A DNA stretch of 64,000 nt from an uncultured virus (IMG/VR IMGVR_UViG_3300033752_000251) (IMGVR_UViG_3300033752_000251); one strand, 5' to 3'; counted from the first letter of the stretch, positions 9,557 to 20,849 are shown. Translations and numbers: made by a program. The notes: generated from the sequence alone by a model not told the origin.

Positions 9557-10711
9557 TTATTCGATTGGAGCAGAGTATTCAATTACTTTATAGGTAACTC
9601 CCCTACCATCAGTCATACGACGACCGTCTGCACTAAATTTAACAGAACCGACGTCTTTCTTTTTAGGGAGAGGATAGTCGGGAACTTCTTGACCGTCACG
9701 GTTTACAGCAATAAATTGCCACGAACCGTCGTCAATACATCTTTTAACACAAATATTTATTCCCTCATTCTCATATTTGAGATAAATATCTGCTTCAGGT
9801 GCCCTATAGAAAGATCGAACACCATCATCTCTTTCATTTTCCAGTCGATTCAAGATCATATCATAGATTCTTTCGCGCTGGTAGTCACTATTTCCACGAC
9901 GGGATTCAATTTCTTCAAGAACTTCATCATCGTCATCATCTTGGCTACGAGGAGCAAATCCCATTCCACCAGCACCTTGAATAAAGTTATTTCTACCAAC
10001 GTTATTAAATACCCGAGAAAGATATGCTGCGGCAATTTGGTCTCTAGAGATATCGCCTTCTTTATCCCGAGCTTCTTTCTCTGCTTTAAATTTAAGATCT
10101 TGAATTGTTTTCTTAATGGCTGCAATTTCTTTAACAATTTGAAGTTTACTTGCTTTACTGGACAGGATTGAGACTATGAGGTCATTGGTATATTTGCTAA
10201 TACCCCTAACCTTACTAGCTTCCAAAGCATGATATTTTTTCTCCAGAGATTTACCGAATTTATTCACTTCTTCCAAGAGATCATAAAGAATAGTTAACTC
10301 TTCATCGAATTTTTTCTCGAAGTCACTTTCCCGTTTCTTATAATTTTTTTTCTGGTCTTTACTAATTTCCTCAGTAAGATCGGTTTCTTCATCATCTCTG
10401 AACATGTCATCCGCTTCGAGGAATGTGAATTTTCGTTCTTCTTTTTGCTCTTCTCCTTCATCATCGTCGTCGAAATTTTTACTTAGTGAGAAATCAACTC
10501 CATCAAATAAACCTTCTTTTCCTTTCTTTTTCTTCTTTTTCTTTTTATCCTTCTTACCTAATTTCGTCAACAATAGGGGCTCGTTTCTCTCTTCATCTAA
10601 GCTAGCCTTTGAATTAGTACCGGGAAGCGGTTTAAGAGACTTGAGACCCTCAATAATATTGACTTTCTCATCAATATCAATATTAATTACAAGCAAACCG
10701 TTCTTCTCCAT
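9557..10711 (-). CDS. Hypothetical late protein with K-rich and acidic tracts
   Basis: 384-aa ORF, GGAGGTG RBS, late motif at 10739-10750 (-). Confidence 0.8.
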   Translation of the reverse strand: MEKNGLLVINIDIDEKVNIIEGLKSLKPLPGTNSKASLDEERNEPLLLTKLGKKDKKKKKKKKGKEGLFDGVDFSLSKNFDDDDEGEEQKEERKFTFLEADDMFRDDEETDLTEEISKDQKKNYKKRESDFEKKFDEELTILYDLLEEVNKFGKSLEKKYHALEASKVRGISKYTNDLIVSILSSKASKLQIVKEIAAIKKTIQDLKFKAEKEARDKEGDISRDQIAAAYLSRVFNNVGRNNFIQGAGGMGFAPRSQDDDDDEVLEEIESRRGNSDYQRERIYDMILNRLENERDDGVRSFYRAPEADIYLKYENEGINICVKRCIDDGSWQFIAVNRDGQEVPDYPLPKKKDVGSVKFSADGRRMTDGRGVTYKVIEYSAPIE

Positions 10712-10862
10712 CTTGGTTGCACCTCCAGTTTATCTCTTTATTAAAGTGTTTTCAAGATGCTAAATTAATTAATCTGTAGTTTATATATTATTTTCTCAGA
10801 AATAAAGTGAGATTCTTTTATAAAGACGGGTTAACATCAATGTAACTAGTAATTTACGGGGT

Positions 10863-12719
10863 GTGATAAACTTGAAATTTATACCTCATAGAAATAAAGA
10901 AAATACGATGTTGTTAAATGTTATGTATCATAATAAAAAAGTTGGTGGGGATGCAGACTATCTTGATATTATCTATAAAGATCTTGATACGGGAGAAAAA
11001 TTTGTTGAAACAATTAGAGAGCCTGAAATTGAGATTTATTTTACAAAAGAAAAATATCGTAACTACGATTATAATAAATTATTTATTGAACTCGATCAGA
11101 CAGAGATGCATAGATGTAAATTTAACAATCTTCCCTTCTATATCGCCCAGCAAGCGGGTGACATGTTTAAAAAATTTATTGAAGATTGTAAAGCTACAGG
11201 TAATTGGGGTAAAATTCATGAAATTCATAAATACCCATATGTATTTGGTTCAGATTATGATATCGAAAACTGGGTGAGAATTCAATGGGTTTTACACAAC
11301 GACAATGATCGACCCAAATATATTACAAAGCAGTTTCTCGATATTGAGGTTGACAGCTATAAGTTTGATGGGTTTCCGAAAGAGGGAGAATGTCCCATTA
11401 ATGCAGCAACCATTGTAGATAAAGAGAGTAAATCAGTATTCACTTTTCTTTTAAGAAATCCTGAAAACCCATTAATTGCAGATTTTGAAGCAAGAGTGGA
11501 TGAGTTTATTAAAGAACTCCATGATGACTTTGATGATGTTTATGGAGTGCTGGATTACAATATTTACATGTATGATGATGAATGTGATCTCATAGTTGAT
11601 ATGTTTAAATTGATTAACACTCTTAAACGGGATTTTATGTTGATTTGGAACATGGGCTTCGATATTCCGTACATTATCGAACGCCTGAAGAAACTCGGAT
11701 TAGATCCCATAAGAGTTATGTGTCATAAAGATTTCAAAGTCAAATATCTTTTCTATAAGAAAGATTATAAAACTTTCTCCATTCCCAATAAGGGAGACTA
11801 TTTTAGAATTTCTTCATATACAACGTATCTCGACCAAATGATCAATTATGGCGGACTTAGAAAAGGTCAAGGAGAGATCAGATCCTTTTCTCTTAATGCA
11901 GTTGCAGAGAAAGAGATTGGTGATTCTAAGCTTGATTACAGCGAAGCTGCCAATATCAAAACATTAGCATGGGTTGATTATTGGCTTTTCGTTAAATATA
12001 ATATAAAAGACGTTCTTCTTCAAATGGGAATTGAGGATAAAACCGGAGATACTGATAATATTTATCAACGAGCATATGCAAATGCTACTGTATATCACAA
12101 AGTATTCAAACAGACGGTGTTCCTTAAGAATCGGGCCTATGTTGAGTTTTATAAACAGGGTCTGATTATTGGGAATAACATCAACGTTGATTACGGTGAG
12201 AGTACTAAGAACAAAAAAGCACAAGAATCGGATGAAGGCGATGACGATGAAAAATTCGATGGTGCATTAGTTGCAGACCCCATGCTTAATTCACATACTG
12301 GGGTTAAGATTTTTGGAAAAAGAAGCATGTTTATTTACGATAATGCTGTAGATATGGACTTCTCGTCCATGTATCCAAATATAATTATAACATTCAACGT
12401 TGCACCTAATACTATGATTGGAAAATTGATCATTGATAGTTCAATTGGGGAAGTTAGTCGTAAGATTCAAAATTCGGATAACAGTGACATTGATGACAAA
12501 GGTAAAGAGTTTGTAGACAATTATCTTATTGGAAACTATGGGCTCATGGGAACCAAATGGTTTGGTCTCCCTGGTATTCTTGAATTGGATAAGAAAGTTC
12601 GTGAACAGTTTGGAATCAAGAATAGAAAGAAATATAAAGTTCCTGAGTTGTATGGAAATACACATTTTATCGACAAATTAGTTATCGAAATTGGGGATGA
12701 TGGTAATGGACAACCTTAA
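10863..12719 (+). CDS. Split family-B DNA polymerase, N-terminal subunit (3'-5' exonuclease + motif A)
   Basis: ExoI LDIEV, ExoII WNMGFDIPYI, ExoIII YNIKDV, motif A DMDFSSMYP; lacks motifs B and C. Confidence 0.9.
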   Translation: MINLKFIPHRNKENTMLLNVMYHNKKVGGDADYLDIIYKDLDTGEKFVETIREPEIEIYFTKEKYRNYDYNKLFIELDQTEMHRCKFNNLPFYIAQQAGDMFKKFIEDCKATGNWGKIHEIHKYPYVFGSDYDIENWVRIQWVLHNDNDRPKYITKQFLDIEVDSYKFDGFPKEGECPINAATIVDKESKSVFTFLLRNPENPLIADFEARVDEFIKELHDDFDDVYGVLDYNIYMYDDECDLIVDMFKLINTLKRDFMLIWNMGFDIPYIIERLKKLGLDPIRVMCHKDFKVKYLFYKKDYKTFSIPNKGDYFRISSYTTYLDQMINYGGLRKGQGEIRSFSLNAVAEKEIGDSKLDYSEAANIKTLAWVDYWLFVKYNIKDVLLQMGIEDKTGDTDNIYQRAYANATVYHKVFKQTVFLKNRAYVEFYKQGLIIGNNINVDYGESTKNKKAQESDEGDDDEKFDGALVADPMLNSHTGVKIFGKRSMFIYDNAVDMDFSSMYPNIIITFNVAPNTMIGKLIIDSSIGEVSRKIQNSDNSDIDDKGKEFVDNYLIGNYGLMGTKWFGLPGILELDKKVREQFGIKNRKKYKVPELYGNTHFIDKLVIEIGDDGNGQP

Positions 12720-13365
12720 AGTAGATAAAAAAATCATTAAGAAAGTAGAAGAATTGAATAAGGTAATGAGACGTATGTGTAAGGTCTATTGCCTTTTTGG
12801 AGACGGAATTGCATTACCTTATCAAAATAGCAAAGTTATTGATATAGGATACCATTTTGCTCAATCAGAGACAATACAGGAAATTGTTAGTGCGATGACA
12901 AATTCCGGATTTCTTATACTCAATGGTGTAAAAATTTCCGAAGTTTTTAAGGATTATAAGAAATCCGAAATTGAAGAAATTGTAGTAGATAATAATCTGA
13001 TTAAAATAAAAGTCTCTACGGATAAGAAAGAATTGAACTTTGTTATTGGCGAAATAAGCGATTCGATTATTCCCAATATCTATTTCAAAGTGAAAGAGAA
13101 AATTAAACAATTCAAGCAAAAGTCTATTAAAATGAGCGATGAAGCCACTCAGACATTGCTTGACGGTGAGATACTGATTCATCAGTATGAAGATTTTCGG
13201 ATTAAAATGTCAAAAGAATTATTACCCACATTGAAAAATAGTTCAGATATATGGTTCTTGTTTTCGGAAATAAACGAAGAAATTTTCGAGGCTGTATTGA
13301 TGGATGAGAATAATTCAATATCCTCTTTTCATCTTTATAGCTGTATAAAGATGCCCACTGATTAG
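12706..13365 (+). CDS. Hypothetical protein coupled to the DNA polymerase gene
   Basis: ~220-aa ORF overlapping the polymerase stop codon. Confidence 0.75.
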   Translation: MDNLKVDKKIIKKVEELNKVMRRMCKVYCLFGDGIALPYQNSKVIDIGYHFAQSETIQEIVSAMTNSGFLILNGVKISEVFKDYKKSEIEEIVVDNNLIKIKVSTDKKELNFVIGEISDSIIPNIYFKVKEKIKQFKQKSIKMSDEATQTLLDGEILIHQYEDFRIKMSKELLPTLKNSSDIWFLFSEINEEIFEAVLMDENNSISSFHLYSCIKMPTD

Positions 13366-13426
13366 AGAGCATAAGTTATGCTCTCTTTATTTTTTTGCAA
13401 AAATCCGACTATAATTTACTCAGTCG

Positions 13427-13438
13427 AACAGATCTATA
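13427..13438 (+). promoter_or_regulatory. Late (non-virion RNAP-type) promoter AACA-N6-TA
   Basis: AACA gatcta TA upstream of the portal gene; the same motif precedes most structural genes (see findings). Confidence 0.8.
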
Positions 13439-13471
13439 AAATAAGTTGTAGTAAAGGTGGTCGGTTATAAA

Positions 13472-15709
13472 ATGGCTAAAACTAATAATAGAAGAACTAC
13501 AGTCAGAAGAATAGAAAAACCTCTCCAAAGACTCAATTCACTATTCAACGAATATATAGAAAATCTCGGCTCTCCTAATCTCAAGCGAGAAAGGGAACTT
13601 GAGAGAATCTCTAATGAGATAGATGATGTTATTTATGATGACATCAAAGAATTTACTAAATATACCGGAGATGATATCTCTGTTTTCCTTGTAAAACTTT
13701 TTAATGAGCAGGATAGGGAAAATAGTCTGAGAAACAATCCGAAATCTATGGAGGAAATTTTCTCGGACGAATCCGGTAGCGGTATCTTTAGTTTCTTCTA
13801 TGAACGTTACAAGAATCAAAATCTTCTTTATGAAGATCTGAATATTATTTGTAATCAGCTTTTTGAACTGAAAGAAGCACTTAATACTACAAGAGACGCT
13901 ATCGTATCTGCAGACGATCTTTCATCCTATGTTTCTTGCAGCCTGACCTTCAAAAATCAGGAGACTGGTAGTGAAGATAAATTAGGTTTAAGAGATACCG
14001 TGGAAAACATTCAAAAGAAATTCCAACTCCTTCAAAAACTCAAAGACCATATTATTCCCAATACTCTCCAATATGGGAAATATTATGTCTATACTATTCC
14101 ATACTCTAAGCTGTATCAGCAATATACTGAAAAGAAACAACGTTCCGAGCAAAGAATTAAATATACTTTAGAAGCCGTAAGTGATGAATTCGTAAAAAGT
14201 TTCAGAGAAGAATCTGATTTGAAAAATGTAAATTTGGCAGATTTGAAGAAGACGTTTAACAATGTTTTAGAAAATATTGAGGTTGTTAATGATGACATTC
14301 CTCTTCCTCTTGTTTTGGAGGGAGCAAATGATTTGGATGCTCTCTTCGGAACGGATAGTCCGTTTAGAAAGATGGCAGATAAAATTTCAAAAGATAGCAT
14401 TAAGAAAAACGAGTCCTCCGCGTCTATGTATGCAGATGGAACCAAAGAACTTAAAGATTCTGAAAAAGATTTTTCCATGTTCAATGATTGCTATATTAAA
14501 CTCATTGACCCTCGTCGTATGATTCCAATTAAAATCCTTGATCATACAATCGGGTATTATTACGTACATCAAGTTGCAACAGAGGTTTCTAGAACTCCTT
14601 TTTCACAAACGATCCGTGCTAACTTTACATTTGGTACACCCAAAGATTTAGAGACAAACTTTCTTTCTAAAATTACCGATAAGATCGTAAAGGCATTTAA
14701 TAAGAAATTCCTGGAAGAGAATCATAAATTCAAAGAACTCATTTTGAACTCACTGATTTATAATGATATTTATAAAAAAGATCTCAGATTCCAATTCATT
14801 CCAGTCGATTACGTCACCGAATTCCATGTGAACAGAAATGAAGAAGGTGAGGGGCAGTCTATAATTATGCCTTCTCTCTTCTATGCTAAACTATACCTTG
14901 CGTTGCTCATTTTTAAGATGGTTACTATCATTAGCCGTTCCAATGATACCAGAGTATACTATGTGAGATCCTCCGGAATCGATGCGAACATAGCTAATAA
15001 GATACAAGAAATAGCTCGCTCCATCCGCGAAAGACAAATCAATTTCATGGATCTTCTCAACTACAACTCGATGATTTCTAAAATCGGCCATGCAAAAGAT
15101 ATCTTCATGCCTATAGGAAGAAGCGGTGAAAGAGGTATAGATTTCGATATCCTGTCTGGGCAAGATGTCCAGTTGAATACTGAACTCATGGAACTTCTTC
15201 GTACTGCATATATTAATTCCACTGGTGTTCCTTCAGTTATTATGGAGTACATCAATCAAGCAGACTATGCAAAAACTCTGGTTATGGCAAATGCAAAATT
15301 CCTGAGACGTGTTATCAGCTATCAGATGGATTTCAATAACTGTACCACAGAGCTTTATAAAAAGATTCTTCGTTTCACCAGTAGTACTATCGACGATGAT
15401 ATTATCGAAAGCTTTGAATTTAAACTTATGCCACCCAAATCTCTGAATAACACCAACATGTCGGACATTGTCTCTAATGCCGATGTAGTTATCAATATGC
15501 TCATTAAGGCAATGACCGGCGAACAATCCGAACAGACTGAATTTGATAACAAACTCAAAGACATTCTTTATAGGAATCTCGCTAAGGAAGTTCTTCCGAT
15601 GTTGCCGTGGAATCGTGCAGAAGAAATACTTAGAGATGCTTTTGTTGAAGCGACTAGACTCACAGAAAATAAGAAAAATAGACCCGAATCTGATAATTCC
15701 GGTCAGTGA
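13472..15709 (+). CDS. Portal protein (T4 gp20-like)
   Basis: YGKYYVY, RVYYVRSSG and DIFMPIGRSGERGIDFDILSG parallel the T4 gp20 motifs RRVFYIDVG and DFWLPRREGGRGTEITTLPG. Confidence 0.78.
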   Translation: MAKTNNRRTTVRRIEKPLQRLNSLFNEYIENLGSPNLKRERELERISNEIDDVIYDDIKEFTKYTGDDISVFLVKLFNEQDRENSLRNNPKSMEEIFSDESGSGIFSFFYERYKNQNLLYEDLNIICNQLFELKEALNTTRDAIVSADDLSSYVSCSLTFKNQETGSEDKLGLRDTVENIQKKFQLLQKLKDHIIPNTLQYGKYYVYTIPYSKLYQQYTEKKQRSEQRIKYTLEAVSDEFVKSFREESDLKNVNLADLKKTFNNVLENIEVVNDDIPLPLVLEGANDLDALFGTDSPFRKMADKISKDSIKKNESSASMYADGTKELKDSEKDFSMFNDCYIKLIDPRRMIPIKILDHTIGYYYVHQVATEVSRTPFSQTIRANFTFGTPKDLETNFLSKITDKIVKAFNKKFLEENHKFKELILNSLIYNDIYKKDLRFQFIPVDYVTEFHVNRNEEGEGQSIIMPSLFYAKLYLALLIFKMVTIISRSNDTRVYYVRSSGIDANIANKIQEIARSIRERQINFMDLLNYNSMISKIGHAKDIFMPIGRSGERGIDFDILSGQDVQLNTELMELLRTAYINSTGVPSVIMEYINQADYAKTLVMANAKFLRRVISYQMDFNNCTTELYKKILRFTSSTIDDDIIESFEFKLMPPKSLNNTNMSDIVSNADVVINMLIKAMTGEQSEQTEFDNKLKDILYRNLAKEVLPMLPWNRAEEILRDAFVEATRLTENKKNRPESDNSGQ

Positions 15710-15763
15710 AAAAAAAACATAATAAAGATCCCATACCGTACGGTATGGGATCTTTTAATTTTA

Positions 15764-16570
15764 TTACTGCGTAGGCCAGTCGCTGATTTGAGGTACGGGC
15801 ATGTTGTTGACGTTGTCGATAGTGTAACCCGAGTTGAAATCCAGGAAATTGCGAAGAATCTTATATTTCGTAATAAGTTGTTTTGCAATGGTGTTGATTT
15901 GCGGCGATTCGTACTTAACGCAGCTGAACGGCACGTCAACTTGGACTACCGGGTGTTGACCCGATTCGTAGTTGAAGTGATCCTTCTTGACGTTTTTCGG
16001 AATCATGTTCGTCAGCAGGCACGCATACTCGATACCGTCTTCACGGCCGGTCGGGTCAGTTTGTACATAGATTGCTTCGGCAACATGGTTTGCTTGGTTG
16101 TAGACAATACCATCTTGACCAATAGCACCATGATAGTGACCGATACCGGTGACCGGGTCCGAAATACCAGAGATCCACATCTCCGTATACTCACGTACCG
16201 GCGAACCAGTGAATTCATAGAGACGGATCGTCACCTCGGTCGTTTCGTCCCGAGCCGTCGACGGAACGTCGAACGAGCGGGCGTTGTAACCACCCGTGAC
16301 TTGTTCGAATTCAAGCGTCGTGTTTTGGATACCGTCGATACCGACGAATCCATATTCAAGCATATGCTTGAAGTTCTTAGTCTTATTCGGGAAGATTTTA
16401 TTCATGAAAACCGGCATCTTAACAAAAAAGATACGGGCATAACCAGTACGCAGAGGCGAGTATTGCTCAATTACTCCGGCCTTGGTGTTGAGACCGCCAA
16501 GGAACAAAGAGTACTGAGTGATTTTGTCACTGGGTTGTTTGATGTTAGTCTGAAGCGTAGTCTCAGCCAT
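15764..16570 (-). CDS. Tail tube protein
   Basis: Immediately downstream of the sheath gene, beta-rich 268 aa, high-expression codons. Confidence 0.7.
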   Translation of the reverse strand: MAETTLQTNIKQPSDKITQYSLFLGGLNTKAGVIEQYSPLRTGYARIFFVKMPVFMNKIFPNKTKNFKHMLEYGFVGIDGIQNTTLEFEQVTGGYNARSFDVPSTARDETTEVTIRLYEFTGSPVREYTEMWISGISDPVTGIGHYHGAIGQDGIVYNQANHVAEAIYVQTDPTGREDGIEYACLLTNMIPKNVKKDHFNYESGQHPVVQVDVPFSCVKYESPQINTIAKQLITKYKILRNFLDFNSGYTIDNVNNMPVPQISDWPTQ

Positions 16571-16602
16571 TTATTCCATCTCCCTTCTATTTTTTATTTG
16601 TA

Positions 16603-18462
16603 TTAGACACGCGGATTAATGTCAATTTCGACAATACCGCGCTTACCAAGCGTACGGAAGACAACACTCAGGTAGCAATGGAGAATGCTACGTTGTTCTT
16701 CCCACGGCGACATTTGGAAAGTAACTGACCCTTCACGGATCTTGGTTCCGATGTACGGACCAATCAAGCGTTGAGCGGTTTCAGTAAACCGAATACGGTC
16801 TTCGGCTTCAGCAAAGTTGTATGCAAGCGAGCTGACCATATTTTCAATCATACGCTTGAGTTCAAGCAGGACGTGCATATTGTTTTCTTCCGAAAGATCA
16901 GACCAGACATTTTGAGACGTCGTTTGAGTACCGCGAACGAACGTATTCTCAGCGATAGCTTGGAAATAGTTCAGACGCAGCAAGTAAAGTTGTTCTTTGA
17001 CGTCTCCGTCGTCAGCGTCGACTATCGGAGCAAGCGAATTCTTGATGTGGCCCGTAAGCAGGGCGTAGTTTTCACCCGTGAACGGAATATGGTTTCCGTT
17101 GGTGATAAAGTGCATCGGAAGGGCATTGGCATAAAAGTACGTGATAGTGACCGGAATAATCTTACCGGTGAACGGATCGCGCGTCTTGTAGTGCTGGAAC
17201 TCTTTCGAGAACACCCTGTCGCCAACGTTCTTCATGGATTCGCCCCATGCGATAGCATCCGTTACAGAGTTCAGAATGCCAGCATCAATGAACCCATAAG
17301 CATCATAACGTTTGGTCATGAGCGTGATGAGTTCACTCTTGACTTCTTCCGGGTAGCCGGCGTCAAAGATGAACTGGCACGGAGTACGACGCTTACTCAG
17401 AATTGCGCGGTCATATTCACCGCGGAATGCCTTCTGATAAGCTTCAATGATAGCTTCTTCACGGATAGCGAGGTTTGCTTCTTCATATGCAAAAGAGCCG
17501 TCACTACCACCTGCAAGCGGAATACCGGAAACAGTATCCAGAGATACATAATCCGGATCTTCCGTGTCATAAGCAATACCTTGAATGGGTTGACCGTCTT
17601 TGTCTTTACCATACAGGAAGTCGAAAGTTTCGAACGTCAATTCCGTTGTCGGATTAATTTCTTCCTTGTACATATCAAAGATTGCCTTGAAGGAATCCAC
17701 GATAACGGTAATGTTGATCTTGTTGCTACCGTTTTCCGAATCGTTAACAACGTCTTCGAAGAAAAGGGACGTCGTTCCTTGAACGGAATCCGGGCTCAGA
17801 GTTCCCTCAAAGACTTCTTTCCGTTTAAGGCTGTTTTCAAGCTCATAAACTTCAAGACGATAGTTCTTGTATTCATTTTCTTTGTCTGCTTGAATAGCCG
17901 TAGAAATACGATAACGGAAAGCGTCACCATATACACCACGACCATGCGAATTCAGAATAAACAGAGGATAGGTCATGAAACCATCGGCATCAGGATCGGT
18001 ATTCGTCATGGCTTCAGCCAGCGGAAGCAGTTCTTCTTTGTCCGTGATGTTGCCAATGTTGGACACTTGGAAACGGATAAGAAGACGTTTAACCGGGGTC
18101 GAGCCAGAAATAGTATCGACCTTCACTTTTGCTACAACGACACTATTTGCATAAGATGCGTCGTCAGGCATAACACGCATGCAATATGCGCGAGTCTGAC
18201 TCGACGAAAGGAACGCGTACGGCATGTAGATCGGCTGACCGTACTTGCTGTAGTCCGGCCTACCAAACTCTTCGATGAATTGAGTGCGGTTAGCCATTTC
18301 AAGCAGTACACCGTCTCTACCCTTGCCAGATGTGAATACGAACAGCGACCTAATACCGAGATCCGGTTGAGACGTTTCTTCAACGAATTCGGTATTATCA
18401 TTGATGATGGTCTGAACACTCGGATGTAAATAATCCGGGATAATTTGTCCAGGTTGCGGCAT
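16603..18462 (-). CDS. Contractile tail sheath protein
   Basis: N-terminal HPSVQTIIND, EFGRP, AYCMRV; C-terminal FDAGYP...LSEENNMHVLLELKR sheath pattern; late promoter at 18488-18499. Confidence 0.88.
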   Translation of the reverse strand: MPQPGQIIPDYLHPSVQTIINDNTEFVEETSQPDLGIRSLFVFTSGKGRDGVLLEMANRTQFIEEFGRPDYSKYGQPIYMPYAFLSSSQTRAYCMRVMPDDASYANSVVVAKVKVDTISGSTPVKRLLIRFQVSNIGNITDKEELLPLAEAMTNTDPDADGFMTYPLFILNSHGRGVYGDAFRYRISTAIQADKENEYKNYRLEVYELENSLKRKEVFEGTLSPDSVQGTTSLFFEDVVNDSENGSNKINITVIVDSFKAIFDMYKEEINPTTELTFETFDFLYGKDKDGQPIQGIAYDTEDPDYVSLDTVSGIPLAGGSDGSFAYEEANLAIREEAIIEAYQKAFRGEYDRAILSKRRTPCQFIFDAGYPEEVKSELITLMTKRYDAYGFIDAGILNSVTDAIAWGESMKNVGDRVFSKEFQHYKTRDPFTGKIIPVTITYFYANALPMHFITNGNHIPFTGENYALLTGHIKNSLAPIVDADDGDVKEQLYLLRLNYFQAIAENTFVRGTQTTSQNVWSDLSEENNMHVLLELKRMIENMVSSLAYNFAEAEDRIRFTETAQRLIGPYIGTKIREGSVTFQMSPWEEQRSILHCYLSVVFRTLGKRGIVEIDINPRV

Positions 18463-18510
18463 ATCGTCTACCTCCTATACTTATTTTTAATTTAATGTTC
18501 TTTGGAGACC

Positions 18511-19248
18511 CTACATCTTTATGATTTTTTCGATTGGTGACTCAGATTCTTCTTTATTATATTTATTGATATTGAGAGATGTTGTAATCATTGAGTCAAT
18601 ATCTTCAAAGGTAAGTGCTGCAAATGTTGAGTTTCTAGCACAAATCTCACGAATATTTGCAGCTTTATATGCATATTGGGAAACTTTTGGATCTTTACCA
18701 ACAACTTTAGCGAACGTTTCCTCTGGTTTCTTTTTGTTACGATATATTTCGGAAACAATAATTTCAAGAACGGTAGATGTTACACCGAGTTTAACGTTGT
18801 TAATTTCAAGATTTTTCTGCCAAATCTTTACAATTTGATCATATGGGATAGTCGGGGGTACTTTTCCCCTAAATAAAAGATTGATAAAAAGTTCTACGTT
18901 AGAAGCATCTTGAGGAAAGCTATTGGCCATAACTTTGTTACCCTTAAAGAATTTGGCAACTCTGTAACGATCCAATACACCGTCGTCTCCGGGAATAAGT
19001 TGAAGTTCTTTTGTTTCAGTCTCTGAGGGATAGATGTTGATCATGGATGGAAGATTAAATGTTTCCAATTTTTCTGATCTTCCATTTTCATCAAACATTC
19101 TCACATTGAATAAACCAAATACATTGATTGAAGAACCATAGTCTTCTGCTAACTTACCCTCGAAGTAAAATTCTGGAATATATGCCTCCATATAATGACC
19201 GACAAAGATAATGTTCTCTCCGTCATTAAGTAAATATTTTTCAATCAT
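18511..19248 (-). CDS. RNA polymerase beta' extreme C-terminal fragment subunit (probably virion RNAP)
   Basis: LEIIVSEIYR and NIREICARNSTFAALTFED...SPIEKII parallel the RpoC motifs HIEVIVRQM and GITKASL..SFISAASFQE. Confidence 0.65.
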   Translation of the reverse strand: MIEKYLLNDGENIIFVGHYMEAYIPEFYFEGKLAEDYGSSINVFGLFNVRMFDENGRSEKLETFNLPSMINIYPSETETKELQLIPGDDGVLDRYRVAKFFKGNKVMANSFPQDASNVELFINLLFRGKVPPTIPYDQIVKIWQKNLEINNVKLGVTSTVLEIIVSEIYRNKKKPEETFAKVVGKDPKVSQYAYKAANIREICARNSTFAALTFEDIDSMITTSLNINKYNKEESESPIEKIIKM

Positions 19249-19488
19249 AATCTATATCACCCTTTCTATGAATGCAAAAAATAAGGGGGGTAAGAGTAGA
19301 AGTGAAATCTACTCTTACCCTATTGTTTTTTTAGGGTATTCGTAAAAGTGTATTGAAAAATGGTCATAACGACCCCTCTTCGATACGCTTGATTAGGGTT
19401 GAAATGTCTGCTCCAAGTGTGACGGTTTGCTCTTCTATTTCAGGACGTTGGTGACTGATAGCGAAGGGAAATTGAGTATGTTCACCTT

Positions 19489-19635
19489 CTACTCCTTTAC
19501 AATTTTAGAAATTGCTCTTTTATATACATGTTTTCCATCTGTCAGCCGAACATAATCAAAATAAACAGATGCAACAACACCTTTATTCCCGTACACATCC
19601 GTTACAAAGTCTCCAATTTGGGGAGTTTCCATCAT
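19489..19635 (-). CDS. Small KOW/SH3-like hypothetical protein
   Basis: AAGGAGG RBS, PQIGDFVTDVYGNKGVV; possible -1 frame extension to 19364. Confidence 0.55.
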   Translation of the reverse strand: MMETPQIGDFVTDVYGNKGVVASVYFDYVRLTDGKHVYKRAISKIVKE

Positions 19636-19757
19636 TTTGCATTCTTCCTCCTTTACCTTAATTTTACCAATCATCGGAGGTGATTTCAACACACTTTATG
19701 ATTTTTTAGAGTATGAACAAAACAGCTATTTCAACACGTTTTTACGAAGGGCCTTTT

Positions 19758-20813
19758 TTATTGAATAAACAGATCGAGGACTTTGGAAATAGATGCTTTG
19801 AATTTTTCTTTCTTTGCTTCATCTTTGAAGCTGTCTGCAAAGAGTTTACGCACATTTTCTCCAAGACGAGCCAAAAACACACCGTCTTTATTAACAGACA
19901 CATCTTTCTTATAAGCAATATATTTGATAACTGCAAAAAGGAAGACATTTGCATAAGGATGATACTTCTCGTCCAATTTAAGTTCAAGATTGTCAAAATC
20001 CGTAAGATCCGTTTTGATATTCAATTTAATAAGTTGCTTTTTATATTTTTCATATACACGATTTGCCCGAGAAATACTTTTAAGGTCTTCGATGGTATTA
20101 ATAATCATCATAGTACCTTTGTTCTTGTAGTGCTCATAGATTTCGTTGAGGTTTTCCGCTTCTTCATATGCTTGTTTAACGATTAGCAAACGCTCTCTTT
20201 CTTTACCAGTAGCAACTTCCAATCGTTTATTCATTGTTTCTTCAATGTATGTTTCGAAATCACCAAATTGTTCAATAAGCTTGTTAAGCTCTTCCCTGGA
20301 TTCAGCAATTTCTTTTTCAATCTTCGCCGTTTCCTCATCGATAACCTTTTGAGCATCAATGCTTTCCTTCATGAAAATAAGGAAATCGCGACGGAATTTG
20401 AACGATTCCTCCGGATTATTTATATCCAGAACAAGCTCAATAGTTCCGCCATCCTCGGTTTTGAAAAGATCCATAATTTCTTCATCCGAGGCATTTTTAA
20501 TTTCTTCTATGGTCTTACTTTCAAGAATAGAAGTAAAATGATCGATCTTAGATTCGTCGTCACCGAGAAAATGCAGCTGACGTTCTTTCATTTGTTCATT
20601 GAGTTTCTTTACAGAATCGAGCATATTGTTAAGGCCAAAGAGATGCTTAACCCTAGCAATCTCAGCCTCAGTACTTCCGGGCTTAACCGCAACTTTCTCC
20701 CCGTTAACTTCAACGATTTGATACTCTTCTTGCTCAGCAGTTTGTTGTTCTTGCAGATTTTCATTCGTTTCATTAACAGCAGCTTCGACGTTTTGTACAT
20801 TTTGGTTTTCCAT
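19758..20813 (-). CDS. Hypothetical coiled-coil protein
   Basis: 351-aa ORF, AAGGAG RBS. Confidence 0.8.
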   Translation of the reverse strand: MENQNVQNVEAAVNETNENLQEQQTAEQEEYQIVEVNGEKVAVKPGSTEAEIARVKHLFGLNNMLDSVKKLNEQMKERQLHFLGDDESKIDHFTSILESKTIEEIKNASDEEIMDLFKTEDGGTIELVLDINNPEESFKFRRDFLIFMKESIDAQKVIDEETAKIEKEIAESREELNKLIEQFGDFETYIEETMNKRLEVATGKERERLLIVKQAYEEAENLNEIYEHYKNKGTMMIINTIEDLKSISRANRVYEKYKKQLIKLNIKTDLTDFDNLELKLDEKYHPYANVFLFAVIKYIAYKKDVSVNKDGVFLARLGENVRKLFADSFKDEAKKEKFKASISKVLDLFIQ

Positions 20814-20849
20814 CTGGATCTGAACTCCTTTTCTTTAGTTTTTTATATA

